From contig JACQLT010000002.1 in NCBI GenBank assembly GCA_016203945.1, positions 181,336-245,335 of the forward strand: a DNA stretch of 64,000 nt, in the 5' to 3' direction. Position 1 is the stretch's first letter; each line of letters opens with the position of its first letter. Both the position numbers and the translations under genes were made by a program. Source of the stretch: Parcubacteria group bacterium (GTDB taxonomy: Bacteria; Patescibacteriota; Minisyncoccia; Minisyncoccales; UBA10102). The notes below the pieces were generated by a model that was not told where the DNA came from, did no database searches, and saw nothing but the letters and a program-made list of their open reading frames with translations. Of the stretch, positions 63,454 through 64,000 are shown piece by piece.

Positions 63454-64000
63454 ATGAAGAAAACTTATCTTTTTATAATCATTGCAGTAATTGTTGTGGC
63501 CATCGGCTGGTTGGCAGTTTCAAGAACGGGGCAAAGTCCGAGCACATCTTCAACTGGAGATACAGCCACGCCAAACAAACAAGAAGCTCAATTAGAAAAG
63601 GCGCCAAATTTCAGCCTGCAAGATTACAACGGCAAAACGGTAAATCTCTCAGATTTTGCCGGCAAACCGCTCGTGATAAATTCCTGGGCCGCGTGGTGTC
63701 CGTTTTGCAAAAAAGAATTGCCTGATTTTGCTGCCGCTCAAAAAGAATTCGACGACAAAGTTGTCATTATTGCCATTGATCGGTCAGAATCGCTCGCAGT
63801 CGCGAAGGGCTATACCGATCAGCAAAGCATTACAGATAATCTGATTTTCCTGCTTGATCCGTCCGATTCGTTCTATCGGTCTATCGGAGGATTTTCCATG
63901 CCAGAAAGTATCTTTGTGGATAAAAATGGTAATATTGTTGACCATAAGCGCGGACCGATGGATATAAATGAAATGCGCGAAAGAATTAATAAACTTCTGG
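63454..64000 (+). CDS. TlpA-like thiol-disulfide oxidoreductase (3' partial, runs off window end)
   Basis: ATG at 63454; TM KKTYLFIIIAVIVVAIGWLAV; LVINSWAAWCPFCKKELPDF thioredoxin-fold CxxC; no stop before 64000. Confidence 0.65.
   Translation, partial: MKKTYLFIIIAVIVVAIGWLAVSRTGQSPSTSSTGDTATPNKQEAQLEKAPNFSLQDYNGKTVNLSDFAGKPLVINSWAAWCPFCKKELPDFAAAQKEFDDKVVIIAIDRSESLAVAKGYTDQQSITDNLIFLLDPSDSFYRSIGGFSMPESIFVDKNGNIVDHKRGPMDINEMRERINKLL

Noticed and set aside
1-64000. CRISPR arrays, rRNA genes, IS elements/transposases
   Set aside because: No regularly spaced direct repeats, no rRNA-like conserved stretches and no transposase-like ORFs were recognisable by eye; the only integrase-like gene is the xer-type recombinase.

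Overview
This 64 kb window looks like the replication-origin region of a small, gene-dense bacterial chromosome of about 50% GC. Gene content and the tight packing are consistent with a Patescibacteria/CPR-like organism, but that is an inference.

The core set is a classic origin neighbourhood: dnaN and dnaA with an AT-rich candidate oriC between them, followed by rpmH-rnpA-yidC-jag. It sits alongside housekeeping genes for DNA replication and repair (uvrB, ruvA, ruvB, ruvC, polA, holA, xerC/D-type recombinase), cell wall (murE, class A PBP, LysM-M23 peptidase), and RNA metabolism and translation (pnp, rpsO, rpsT, rny, nusA, clpP, ksgA, tyrS, cca, tsaE, yebC). There is an orphan GspE/PilB ATPase, a Zn ABC pair (znuBC) and eleven tRNA genes that I folded by hand.

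The most interesting region is 27.3-40.9 kb, a type IV secretion (T4SS)-like locus. It has a VirB4 ATPase split into two adjacent ORFs, a VirB3/PrgI-like protein and a huge VirB6/TcpH-like polytopic protein. It also has three paralogous VirB2-like pilin-type N-terminal modules, two of which are fused to large extracellular domains (candidate pilus-tip adhesins). No VirD4 or relaxase is in the window. Two plus-strand insertions interrupt the locus: an SPFH pair and a high-GC DUF4352 gene.

Other notable items:
- A GC-rich (about 65-70%) xerC/D integrase abutting tRNA-Arg(CCG), which may mark an integrated element.
- A PHP/EndoQ-like plus PD-(D/E)XK nuclease operon.
- An ATP-cone/Mrr-like nuclease fusion.
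- An AT-rich (about 40% GC) redox/metal-type island starting exactly at the 3' end of tRNA-Ser.
- A palindromic motif that occurs at two promoters.

No CRISPR array and no rRNA genes were seen. All coordinates and calls are from manual reading of the sequence and ORF track; none is search-verified.
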